Virus record (IMG/VR): IMGVR_UViG_3300042261_001309
Location: 32,001-96,000 of that record
From: a virus
Direction: 5' to 3' (one strand)
Length of the DNA: 64,000 nucleotides
In this document: piece by piece, positions 38,012 to 47,262 of the stretch
How the letters are laid out: each line of letters starts with the position of its first letter
Position numbering within the stretch: the stretch's first letter is position 1
Translations under genes and position numbers: made by a program
The notes under the pieces: generated by a model
The model's input: the letters and a program-made list of their open reading frames with translations, nothing else
Database searches by the model: none
Told to the model about the DNA's origin: nothing

Positions 38012-38563
38012 CTACACAGATGAGGTCATATTTTTATTCTTCTTTTGAAGTGCGCGTTGTTTTTTATAGCACCGGTTGCAACGGCCAAACCCATGATGCG
38101 GAACAGTAGTCGTACCACAAGAAACACAACTAAGGTATTTTGTAGACCACGTAGCAATATGCGGATGATGAACCCTGCTATGACAAATATTACATAATGT
38201 TTGTAGATTACTTAATTCATTGTTAGGGTTAGGTTTCCCTCTGCCGTTTCCATCGATATGGTGCACAGCTAGTTTTTTAGTAGATCCACAATGGCAACAT
38301 TTATAACCGTCGCGCTCAAGAGCATTTTTCCGATTATTACCAAATTTTCGAGTATACTGCATGTATTCCTCTTTATGTGTATGGTAATGCTTATGTGACT
38401 TAGCCTTTATATACTCTCGATTTTCCATGTAATATTCTCGCTTCCTCTGTTTAATAGCCTGATCCCGCATGTAGCATGAGTTACACAGTCCCCTAGCCCG
38501 ATGCGGAAGCTCACACGTTCCACACACAACACAAGCATCGTATTTTTTGGCCCACTTTTCCAT
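38012..38563 (-). CDS. Intron-encoded HNH homing endonuclease with flanking Zn-finger repeats
   Basis: RDGYKCCHCG...VHHIDG...N...NLQTLCNICH; ATG at 38563 preceded by GGAGG. Confidence 0.85.
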   Translation of the reverse strand: MEKWAKKYDACVVCGTCELPHRARGLCNSCYMRDQAIKQRKREYYMENREYIKAKSHKHYHTHKEEYMQYTRKFGNNRKNALERDGYKCCHCGSTKKLAVHHIDGNGRGKPNPNNELSNLQTLCNICHSRVHHPHIATWSTKYLSCVSCGTTTVPHHGFGRCNRCYKKQRALQKKNKNMTSSV

Positions 38564-38564
38564 T

Positions 38565-38771
38565 TTAACCCTTTGCCTCCTTTTTGCGTGAATACGACGC
38601 CCATTTTTGGGCTTTAAACCGTTCCTGTTTTTTGGGGTCTGGATTGGCATGATATTGTTTTAAATAACAATATATGCATAATCCTTTTGCCATGTGCCGT
38701 TTTTTATTTGTGCCGCACATAACGCACTTATCGTGTTTAATGGACCATTTAGTCATAACGGCATTATCCAC
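38565..38771 (-). CDS. Intron-encoded small Zn-finger protein
   Basis: WxxxxxxCxxCGTxxxxHxxxGxCxxCY repeat, also present twice in the downstream HNH ORF. Confidence 0.6.
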   Translation of the reverse strand: MDNAVMTKWSIKHDKCVMCGTNKKRHMAKGLCIYCYLKQYHANPDPKKQERFKAQKWASYSRKKEAKG

Positions 38772-39015
38772 GATTTTAGAAACTTCTCAAGAAGAATATT
38801 CGGTGTTTCGCGAACACTGTTCGCTACGAGCTTGCGCTCTGATCGTTGAACTCGCAACCTTAGTTAAAAGGCTGATCAGCTGCTGATTGACTCTTAGGTT
38901 TTTACCCACTCAGATATTTTCAAACATTCACGCTCGTCATTACTGACCACGTTGTAGTTATCCGAGCTTAAGTTATTCCAGCAATTAACCGAATTTATCG
39001 ACGGCAATACAACTC

Positions 39016-40107
39016 ACCGTCACTTCTACCGGCAGTCGCTGAAATAGAAAGTGATTTTTCTATTTCGTCTAACATGAGAATACAACTACCTACACCATCT
39101 AACGTCCGAATTACCGACCGCATATTCTGCTCACTGGCGCCTACGAGGCTGGAGAACAATCCACCAATATCCAATTGGAACAATGGCAAATTAAGTGCAT
39201 TAGATGTAGCCTTAGCCAGCAGTGTTTTTCCTACGCCAGGCGGTCCACAGACGAGTAGCCCCTTAGGATAGGGCAAACCGTATTTACGTGCTTCCGGCTC
39301 AAAAGCCTTGGTGCGTAATTGAATCCATTTTTTAACACCTTTCAATCCCCCTACTTGATCAAAGGTGACGTCAGGTTCAAGGTATTGCAACAACGCATTC
39401 TTCTTTACCTGCTGAACCTTTTCAGAGAATACCGATGCCACGAAACCATCATTAAATGCCCCGTTTTCAACCAAGGCCAATGTGAAGCTATCCTCAGCTT
39501 CAGGATAAGTTAATCCTTTAGCCGCCTCAATCGCCCGTTGACGAATTTTAGGTGCAATCGACTTATTCGGATTGTCGAAGCATCGGTATACGAAATCAAG
39601 TCGGTCACCTAACATTGCTTCGTCAGGCAACGTATAATCCAACGTTTGAACCGACTTTTCCAAGTCGATCGGAATAGTACCGACCGGTGTAACAAACATT
39701 AAACAAACGGCAGCCGCTTTGAATACAGGTACCAAGTTCCGAAAAGTTCGGAGTATTTTAGGGTTCTGGATATACGGATGGAAGTCCTTAAGAATAATAA
39801 TTACATTAGTTTCATTACTTTTCCCGTAGCCTTCCAGCCATTTCATCAATGGCCCAACCTCGGTTTTATCCGAGATTGCTGCTTTACCCAATTCCCCTGA
39901 AGGCAGCTTTGTGAACTTTGTAAGCCCACCCACTGCGTCCCATTCGTAAACAATACGGGCTGCTGCATTTCCGTTTTCACCTGCGTTAGGAGAGCCATAA
40001 AAAGCATCCCTAATGTCTCTACATACGCGGTCTTCTTCGTGCGTCACTACGAGCAGCATTGGGTATGCCGCCTTAATATAATTCCGTAACTTTTCTTGGA
40101 ACTTCAT
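39016..40107 (-). CDS. Ycf46-like AAA+ ATPase, exon 1
   Basis: THEEDR and LKDFH (degenerate first AAA domain), VGGL, PKGLL, GPPGVGKT and DEIEK motifs; spliced product would be 529 aa. Confidence 0.9.
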
Positions 40108-40112
40108 GTGTG

Positions 40113-40793
40113 CTACTTACTTTCTTTAATTTCGAGCAGCTTTCCAGTCACCTCTTCCAAGAGGAACTTTATAGCCGCAGTCATGTCTGCATTTACTGAG
40201 TCTGGATAAGCATCCAAACATTCATGGGCAAAGATAAGCTGGTCTGTGTCCACATCCGCTAGAAATTTAATAAGTTGACTGTCGCGGTTGGCTCGTTTTC
40301 TGAACTCAGCCCATTCCGCTGGATACTTTTTAGGCGCACCTGCCTGAGTCATCGCATTGATGTCTTTGATTAACTCTTCATTCAATGCTTTTGGCTCGTT
40401 AGCTTTGGCTTGCATCGCTGCAGCTGTATTTGTCCAACTACCGGCTAACCCTGGCTTGGTTCCTGGCAAGCTGGTGATTTCTTTTGGCGTAACTTTCCTT
40501 ACTGGAATTTCCGCTGATATTGCGGCAGCTGGTGTTGCGGGTTGTTCCGTTTTAGGTGGCCTTCCACGCCGTTTAACCGGAGCTTCAACCCCGGCTTCTT
40601 GTTGCGTAGGTTGAACAACTGGTGCTTGCACTACAGCCGTAGCTGGTTGCGCTGTTTTAGGAGGACGACCTCTCCGTTTAATTGAAGCAACTACTCCCGT
40701 AACTAGTTGAACTACTTCAGGAGGAGGAGCTTCAACCATTGCTTGCACTTCCTCTGTTTTTGGTTTGTTTTTACTTCCCTTCGGTCTGCCCAT
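40113..40793 (-). CDS. AT-hook DNA-binding protein
   Basis: GRPKGSKNK plus two KRRGRPPKT repeats; ATG at 40793 preceded by AAGGAAA. Confidence 0.7.
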   Translation of the reverse strand: MGRPKGSKNKPKTEEVQAMVEAPPPEVVQLVTGVVASIKRRGRPPKTAQPATAVVQAPVVQPTQQEAGVEAPVKRRGRPPKTEQPATPAAAISAEIPVRKVTPKEITSLPGTKPGLAGSWTNTAAAMQAKANEPKALNEELIKDINAMTQAGAPKKYPAEWAEFRKRANRDSQLIKFLADVDTDQLIFAHECLDAYPDSVNADMTAAIKFLLEEVTGKLLEIKESK

Positions 40794-41052
40794 TGTTGTT
40801 TCCTTTCTTAGGTGGCTTAATGGCACCGGTTTTGGTTGATTTGGCGATTCCTGTTTGATGGACACCAACGTCGGTGTCCGCAGTAATTTCGCCATCTTTA
40901 GACTGGTATTTCTTCGTTGTCTTACCCATAATTAGCCTAACCGCATCTACTAAAGTTTTGCCGGACGTTACCGTATTGTTAATTGCTGAATGACTAAATT
41001 TAATACACTCTGCCAGAATTGTTGTTAAAACATCTGATGTGTTGTTGTTACA

Positions 41053-42756
41053 ATGACCCAAGACATAATCCAGAAAATAGACCGCATACTTAAGCACCCT
41101 AAAGCTTATTCTGCTGAAACACTTCTAGCAGCAAGACAGTGGCTAATTCTCCAAACTCCACTTTCGTCGGTGGTTGAGATGTACCTGCATGACAATGAGG
41201 GGAGAATCCAAAATCTCGCTAAGTTTAAGATGATGCGGGCTATCTACGACCAACTGCCCCAACGACTTCTTTTGAAGTGTAGTCGTAAAACACTCAAATC
41301 TACCCTGTTGAGCAACATCATTGCGTTAAACATGATCAGGTACAACCACTATAAAATGTTGTACGTTGCTCCCCAAGAAATAGCTACGAAATATTTTTCT
41401 ACCAACTATCTGAATGTGCGGCTGGATTCTCCTCCATTAAAGAAAATAATTTATAAAGGATTTGAAAAATGTGATGTATTTGAAAAAATACTGGAAGATA
41501 CTCACAGCGCCATTTTACTGCGTTATGCCAAAGACGATGCCACCCGTATTCGCGGACCAGCAGTGGATTCATGCATCTATGACGAAATCCAGGACATCGA
41601 CGACGATATTCTGCCTATCATAAAAGAAACGATGACTTTGTCTCAGTATAAACGGGAAATGTTTGCTGGCACCCCGTTGACCACCGACAATACAATTAAC
41701 GTATTGTGGAAAGCCTCAACCCAATTTGAATGGGTATTTAAATGTACCGCCTGCAATCATTGGAATAGTCTCACACTTGAAAACGATCCAATGAAGATGA
41801 TTCAAAAGAATGGGTTAAGTTGTTCCAAATGCCTTGGCTTAGTTAGTAGTGCAGACGGCGAATGGGTTTCTGCCAACCCCGGAGATCGAGAATTGGCAGG
41901 TTACCATATTGCCCAGCCTATATTACCGTTCTTTAATGAAGACGCCAAAGAATGGAAAGAGATCTACAACAAAATCCACGGAGTAAGTAAATACAGCGTT
42001 GGCAAAGTACATAACGAAGTATTTGGGCTAGCTTATGACACAGGTAAAAAACCAATCACTGAAGAGAAACTAAAATCTCTCTCCATACTTGGTTCACAAG
42101 ACTCAATCTTCCAGAAAAATCGCAGCAGATATATGTCTATTACCTGTGGCGTAGATTGGGGTGTTAATTTGGAAACATCTCGAACCTCCGTCTGTATTGG
42201 TGGCTTGCGTGATGATGGTGTATATGAAGTATTCTTTTTAAAAATATTTAAAGAATACGACTATATGTGGCAAATAAGAAATATCGCCCAGCACGTCATG
42301 TTGTATGGCGCCTTCTGCGCTTGTGACTCAGGACCTGATCCTATTAGAGGTGTATTATTAGCGCAACAAACCTCATTGGATAAAACTCAGCTGGTTCGCT
42401 ATACCGCAGATAAATTTATTCAACATTACGACAAATATGCAAACGCTATCGACGTAACCCAGAACCGTTGGTGCCTGCACCGTTCTGATACGTTAACCTT
42501 CACCTATAACCTACTTAACGACAGCAAAATATTGTTTCCCAGATGGGAAGAAAGTTCCGAATGTTTGTCGGACATATTAAATGTATATATAGAATTACGG
42601 GAAGGCACCTTGCGGAGAGAAATACTATATCGCCACAGCCCAGATAAACCAGACGACTTTATGCACGCTTTAAACTTTGCTGTCGTGCAAGCTCACACTG
42701 CCTGTGGCAATCCGCTACTCTTCCGCAGCTCCAGTAGTGACCCAATGGCTGAATGA
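41053..42756 (+). CDS. terL: Terminase large subunit (GpA-like)
   Basis: Variant Walker A SRKTLKST, RIRG, DEIQD, GTP, CxxC..CxxC, G.W, GVDWG and PDDFMHA nuclease motifs. Confidence 0.85.
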   Translation: MTQDIIQKIDRILKHPKAYSAETLLAARQWLILQTPLSSVVEMYLHDNEGRIQNLAKFKMMRAIYDQLPQRLLLKCSRKTLKSTLLSNIIALNMIRYNHYKMLYVAPQEIATKYFSTNYLNVRLDSPPLKKIIYKGFEKCDVFEKILEDTHSAILLRYAKDDATRIRGPAVDSCIYDEIQDIDDDILPIIKETMTLSQYKREMFAGTPLTTDNTINVLWKASTQFEWVFKCTACNHWNSLTLENDPMKMIQKNGLSCSKCLGLVSSADGEWVSANPGDRELAGYHIAQPILPFFNEDAKEWKEIYNKIHGVSKYSVGKVHNEVFGLAYDTGKKPITEEKLKSLSILGSQDSIFQKNRSRYMSITCGVDWGVNLETSRTSVCIGGLRDDGVYEVFFLKIFKEYDYMWQIRNIAQHVMLYGAFCACDSGPDPIRGVLLAQQTSLDKTQLVRYTADKFIQHYDKYANAIDVTQNRWCLHRSDTLTFTYNLLNDSKILFPRWEESSECLSDILNVYIELREGTLRREILYRHSPDKPDDFMHALNFAVVQAHTACGNPLLFRSSSSDPMAE

Positions 42757-43479
42757 GTCATACATATACGGTTCAATGGCGATTGTATCGATGCCTCGTG
42801 ATTTAAAAGTAGTTACGAAGTCATTTCGATGTTCCGTAGTTTCGAACAAATATAGCGCGTAACCACCATGACCTGAACCGCAATATTTCTTAGCACTTTC
42901 ACCGTAGCTATCCCTGAGGGGCTTCATACCTTCTTTTAACTGTAATTCGTACGCAGCCTTAACAATCTCGCAGATCGTAGGATACATCGATAACGGTGGT
43001 TGTCCTGTCGTATACGCATCGGATTGCGCTTTGGCCCTAACTAGTAGCCATGTATACGCTAGGTTGGACCGCCAAGCTAAATCCCGATAATCACGAGAAA
43101 TATTTTTTAAATCTTTAGTAACATGCGCGTTGCCTGTCCACATAAGCGCCATCTTCCCTTCCAAAAAAGCAGGATTAACCTTAAACGTTAATATAGGGAA
43201 CGGTCCACCGGACCAAACACATAAACCTGTTTCCAATATTACCGCTGGGTCTTGCCATCCTGCTGTTTTTGATTCTTCAATAAAAGGATTGTTATCTCTT
43301 AAAATTGCATTAGCAGCGCTACCTCCTAAACCACCACCAAATTGATACGGCCAGCTATCCAAACTCACTTTTGGCGTTATTGCACAATTAATGACATGCC
43401 CGACGACCTTGGTAAGCCCTGGGCAATCTAACCAACCACCTATAAAATCTACTCTTAATGGAACCTCTGTTATGGTCAT
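42715..43479 (-). CDS. GHMP-family sugar kinase (HddA/fucokinase-like)
   Basis: PLRVDFIGGWLD, GGGLGGSAA, GWQD and KYCGSGHGGY motifs. Confidence 0.8.
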   Translation of the reverse strand: MTITEVPLRVDFIGGWLDCPGLTKVVGHVINCAITPKVSLDSWPYQFGGGLGGSAANAILRDNNPFIEESKTAGWQDPAVILETGLCVWSGGPFPILTFKVNPAFLEGKMALMWTGNAHVTKDLKNISRDYRDLAWRSNLAYTWLLVRAKAQSDAYTTGQPPLSMYPTICEIVKAAYELQLKEGMKPLRDSYGESAKKYCGSGHGGYALYLFETTEHRNDFVTTFKSRGIDTIAIEPYMYDSFSHWVTTGAAEE

Positions 43480-43853
43480 AGTTGAAACGCTTGAGCTGTC
43501 TTATTTAGCTCTTGTTCAAACCTGGCATGGAAATCCTCCGCTAACGGCAAGCATAAATCATGCGCCCGCTGACAATACTGGAAATACGCAAAAAACTTTT
43601 GTAATTCCTGGTCATTATCAGGGAGGTCGAAGTCGAGCAACCGTTGCTGAAAAATTATCTGCAACGGCTGATTTTCCAATGCCTGAGAATATTTACTGTC
43701 AGGAATAAAAAGGCCCACTGGACATTTAGTTCCATTAGGCCCGCGATACAAACACCGATAATGATTTTCTTGTTTTACGAAAGCTGGATTATTTTTTTTA
43801 GTTATGAAGTAGTCTACAATCCTAGCGTGAATTTCTTTAAGTGTCATAGCCAA
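43476..43853 (-). CDS. Hypothetical phage protein
   Basis: CLYRGPNGTKCPVG...Q.AHD pattern. Confidence 0.7.
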   Translation of the reverse strand: MAMTLKEIHARIVDYFITKKNNPAFVKQENHYRCLYRGPNGTKCPVGLFIPDSKYSQALENQPLQIIFQQRLLDFDLPDNDQELQKFFAYFQYCQRAHDLCLPLAEDFHARFEQELNKTAQAFQL

Positions 43854-44439
43854 GCTTCGCGATATAATCCTCTATCTTCTTGGTATGCGCTTGAAATAAA
43901 TCTGACAATACGCTATTTTTTTCTTCCTGAATGGCTGGATCGCCGTCCGTCGAACTAGCCGGCATAATCGCGTTGTCAAAAATATCAGGAGCTTTGCTTA
44001 GACCGTATTGCCAAAACACTTGACCAACATAAGCTCTAACATCATCATGCCAAAGCTTAAGTCGATCATCATAAGCTTTTAAAATAAGCGTAGCGTGTGC
44101 CAACGATTCTGCCACTTCTTCAGCTTCCAACGGATGATGATCTTCTGCGTCAATCAGATCATTACAGAAGATATGGCTTACAAACTCAAAGGCACGCCAA
44201 TCTTGCTCATACAAATTAGTGGTGAGCACCGTAATAGCTGCTTGAAGCTTATCCGATTGTAATTCAGACAGAGTTACCCCGAAATCCAATCTGATTTCTT
44301 CTTTAAGTATTTCAGGCTCCCATTCGAAAAATGTACCCTGGCCTGTTGTATCTTCCTTTCCGTATTTAGCCAACGCAGTTAGTAACAACGCGAAAGCAGG
44401 AGCCTTTTCATCTTTAAATACTGCAACCGGTGTCACCAT
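43837..44439 (-). CDS. Hypothetical phage protein
   Basis: 200-aa ORF in operon. Confidence 0.7.
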   Translation of the reverse strand: MVTPVAVFKDEKAPAFALLLTALAKYGKEDTTGQGTFFEWEPEILKEEIRLDFGVTLSELQSDKLQAAITVLTTNLYEQDWRAFEFVSHIFCNDLIDAEDHHPLEAEEVAESLAHATLILKAYDDRLKLWHDDVRAYVGQVFWQYGLSKAPDIFDNAIMPASSTDGDPAIQEEKNSVLSDLFQAHTKKIEDYIAKLGYDT

Positions 44440-44645
44440 TCTTGCTCTCCTTGTTCTGAATCCTTCTTAGGACAGGCTACAAAGCCTTCTAATTGTAAGT
44501 AGCGTAGAACCATCTGCTGTTCACCTACTGACAGTATTTTTGTTTGATCACAACACACAAGTGCGCTGCGCCCATCTGCCATCGGTCGCCACGTCAACGG
44601 AATACCGGCGACCTGAACAATGCTTGGTCTGTTGTCTGTGGTCAT
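44433..44645 (-). CDS. Hypothetical protein
   Basis: Likely ATG at 44645, just below a hairpin. Confidence 0.55.
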   Translation of the reverse strand: MTTDNRPSIVQVAGIPLTWRPMADGRSALVCCDQTKILSVGEQQMVLRYLQLEGFVACPKKDSEQGEQEW

Positions 44646-44648
44646 AAT

Positions 44649-44678
44649 AAAAAAGCCTCTCACATTGCTGCAAGAGGC
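44649..44678 (-). terminator. Intrinsic terminator-like hairpin
   Basis: GCCTCT/AGAGGC stem followed by T6. Confidence 0.55.
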
Positions 44679-44715
44679 GGAGTTGATTGTCTTAGTTATA
44701 GAACCTCTCGCTTAC

Positions 44716-45768
44716 TTATGCTGAAGGTTTAATGCCAGTTAATTCCTTAAACAACGCTACGTCAGACCTAGGCATAGTAGGTAAAACGTCTCTTAACGCT
44801 GTTTTATCTGCTGGGTCAATTTCCAAACCGAACGCCGCTTTGTACTGATCCGCAGCGACTTTCTGCAAATCAGTTATGCTGAAACGCTCACCCGCCATTT
44901 CAACGGTATCCAGCATTTCTGCAATCTTAGAAACAGGCAATGTAAACAAAGAATCAACAATGTCTGGGAGTAGACCGGCTGTTGCTTCTTTATCATACAA
45001 ACCTTCCTCTTGCTCCATCTGGTGCATCTCGGCCGCTACTTTAAGATAATCAAGTTTATCGTTAAAGGAAGGAACATCTGCAATCATGCGGTTTACACGT
45101 TCCTTGTTTTCTTCACTGCTCATCTTTTCACGACGCCGAGCCAATTCCCGGACAACCTTAGGTTGATCAGGATAAAAGATCATGGCATATTTACACAACA
45201 AATCTGGCAATTCGTTAACCCCGTAAGTTGGAGCTTTAGTCATGAAATCACAAGCAATCTTAGACCGCCAAGTGAACGGGAATTTTTTAATGGAATTAGT
45301 GAAGGCTGATGCCGCTGCTGAAAACTCTTCAGCATTTTTAACTACCCACATTTCTACAGGTAAACCGTCAGCCTCAAATGCCACAACCGGTTGGGCTTCC
45401 TGCGCTTGCTTTTCAACTCGCGAATTTAAAAATTGCTGATAGCTATCAAGGTCGGCAGTAATACCAAATAGATTGGCAGCATCACCAATATTGGTCTGCA
45501 CTTCATCTATGTAACTCTGACCAAATTTAGCTTTTAACTCTGCTTTCTTCTCAGTGAAGAACACATTGCTAACATAAGCATTAGCAGGAGAATTAATTGG
45601 ATACCACTTGTGACGAGTATCAGCAAATGCTTCAGAGGCATTTTTAACAATCTCCTCACGGTCAGGTAGTTCCGCTTCCTTTACATAATCTGGAACAGGA
45701 ACACCACGCAACAGCGTGAATACTCCAAAGTTTGAAATATCAAATGTTTGATCGACAGGTACTTTCAT
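44716..45768 (-). CDS. Hypothetical protein, possibly virion/head-associated
   Basis: 350-aa ORF with recurrent KxA motifs. Confidence 0.65.
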   Translation of the reverse strand: MKVPVDQTFDISNFGVFTLLRGVPVPDYVKEAELPDREEIVKNASEAFADTRHKWYPINSPANAYVSNVFFTEKKAELKAKFGQSYIDEVQTNIGDAANLFGITADLDSYQQFLNSRVEKQAQEAQPVVAFEADGLPVEMWVVKNAEEFSAAASAFTNSIKKFPFTWRSKIACDFMTKAPTYGVNELPDLLCKYAMIFYPDQPKVVRELARRREKMSSEENKERVNRMIADVPSFNDKLDYLKVAAEMHQMEQEEGLYDKEATAGLLPDIVDSLFTLPVSKIAEMLDTVEMAGERFSITDLQKVAADQYKAAFGLEIDPADKTALRDVLPTMPRSDVALFKELTGIKPSA

Positions 45769-45801
45769 AGCGATTAATATATCCTAATTATAAAGCCTTA
45801 A

Positions 45802-47082
45802 ATGAACGTTAACAACTTCAATTCTAAATTAAACTTGCCGCACTTTTTAGAGTCCATCGGCAAGACTGGTTATCAATACGTAAAATTGCCTAACTTCGGT
45901 TGGTACGCTTACAACGCTGATTTAACCGATATACGCAATTGTTTCGACAACTTGTTTGATGATATCTCAAACGAAGTCGAAGTAACAGGTTTTATTTCTG
46001 ACCTGATTAAAAATAAAAAGCAACTATTCGATTTTCACATAACTTGGTCAGAAACCATGGTGTTACGTATTTATCATCATCTGCAGTTAATTGAAAAGCT
46101 TAAACAATTTCACGTAGCCTCCAAAGCGGAGTTAATTGAAGGCCAAGCCTATTTAAATGGAAAATATATCAATCTCGGCAAGCAATTGAAAGACCGAGGC
46201 TTGGAGGCCTTTATCGATTCAGGTATAGGGTTGGTTACTGACCGAATATTATCCACGTTTTCAAGATATATAGGATTTCCAGCAGGTATTAAAAACCATC
46301 TAATCTTACCTTCTTATTGCACACCTAACCATGTAGCGTCCTATGAAATACTCGGTATCAAAGACAGCGTAAATAAACGAATGAGCTTATATACCAACGG
46401 TGAAAAAGGTTGGTATGGTAATTTCCAAAATACCTTAATTGTCAGTGACCTGCAAAAGCTAGTAACAACTCCAGGTTTAACTTGGGATTATAAATTAGAC
46501 TATTGGGCGAACCGACAATTAATCCTAGACCCGGCCTTATCCGTATCTGACTGTGTGAGCATCTGGACACAAGCCAGAAAAGCACAATTTAATACTTCGC
46601 CTTTAGATATCATTGAGCAATCAGGTGCAGTAGATACGCTCAAAAATTATCTCAAAGAATTAAATATCACCCAACTAACAGAGCTAGAACAGCGTTTCCA
46701 AATAAAGCTATTCGAGAGTTGGAAAGCGCAAAAAAGTGAAGAAGTCGATATTGGTAATCTACGGTTTATCAAGAAAGACAACCAATACTGGATACTGACT
46801 AAAAAAGGGAAATTAGACGAGTTTACAAACTTTGCAGTAGATATCACCCGCATCTTTAAACGCGAGGATAAATTCTACCGTAGCGGAACCTTATTTTTTG
46901 GTCGTCAGGAAATACCATTTGAATTACCTAACGAAACATTTATGCAGCCTAAAGTGTTTATAAGTGCCATCCACAATATCTGCTTAAATAGTGGTGTAGG
47001 CTTGCCACTGGTATTAACCAACTATGTCAGCTATCTAATGGATGTTATCAACCGCCTAAACCGCAATGCCCCTATAGGCTAA
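45802..47082 (+). CDS. Hypothetical protein
   Basis: 426-aa ORF, divergent from 44716..45768. Confidence 0.75.
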   Translation: MNVNNFNSKLNLPHFLESIGKTGYQYVKLPNFGWYAYNADLTDIRNCFDNLFDDISNEVEVTGFISDLIKNKKQLFDFHITWSETMVLRIYHHLQLIEKLKQFHVASKAELIEGQAYLNGKYINLGKQLKDRGLEAFIDSGIGLVTDRILSTFSRYIGFPAGIKNHLILPSYCTPNHVASYEILGIKDSVNKRMSLYTNGEKGWYGNFQNTLIVSDLQKLVTTPGLTWDYKLDYWANRQLILDPALSVSDCVSIWTQARKAQFNTSPLDIIEQSGAVDTLKNYLKELNITQLTELEQRFQIKLFESWKAQKSEEVDIGNLRFIKKDNQYWILTKKGKLDEFTNFAVDITRIFKREDKFYRSGTLFFGRQEIPFELPNETFMQPKVFISAIHNICLNSGVGLPLVLTNYVSYLMDVINRLNRNAPIG

Positions 47083-47262
47083 AAAAAGTAAATTAATATA
47101 AGGGGTTTTTTTTGTTTTGATTTGCCTATATATGAAAGGCTTAATTGCTGCTCAATTAATTATACCATAATTTAACCGCCATATAGGCTAGGGTTAAAAA
47201 AGGCAATTTTGATCCTTGATCACTCAATTATACCGCCATTTAAGCAAATTAACCAATACCGG

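Larger units (their letters stand above)
37966..39015 (-). mobile_element. Group I self-splicing intron (1050 nt) carrying Zn-finger/HNH ORFs
   Basis: P1 GACGGU/GCCGUC with U.G at the 5' splice site, terminal G at 37966, P/Q/R/S-like elements, P3 and a 10-bp P8 stem; splicing restores SDGGTSSR. Confidence 0.9.

Noticed and set aside
37468-40107. AAA ATPase as a pseudogene broken by an HNH insertion
   Set aside because: The intervening DNA has complete group I intron hallmarks, and its removal restores an in-frame conserved SDGGTSSR.
40771-41097. 108-aa minus-strand ORF as a terminase small subunit
   Set aside because: It is on the opposite strand to terL, overlaps both neighbours and has no recognisable motif; it may be non-coding promoter DNA.
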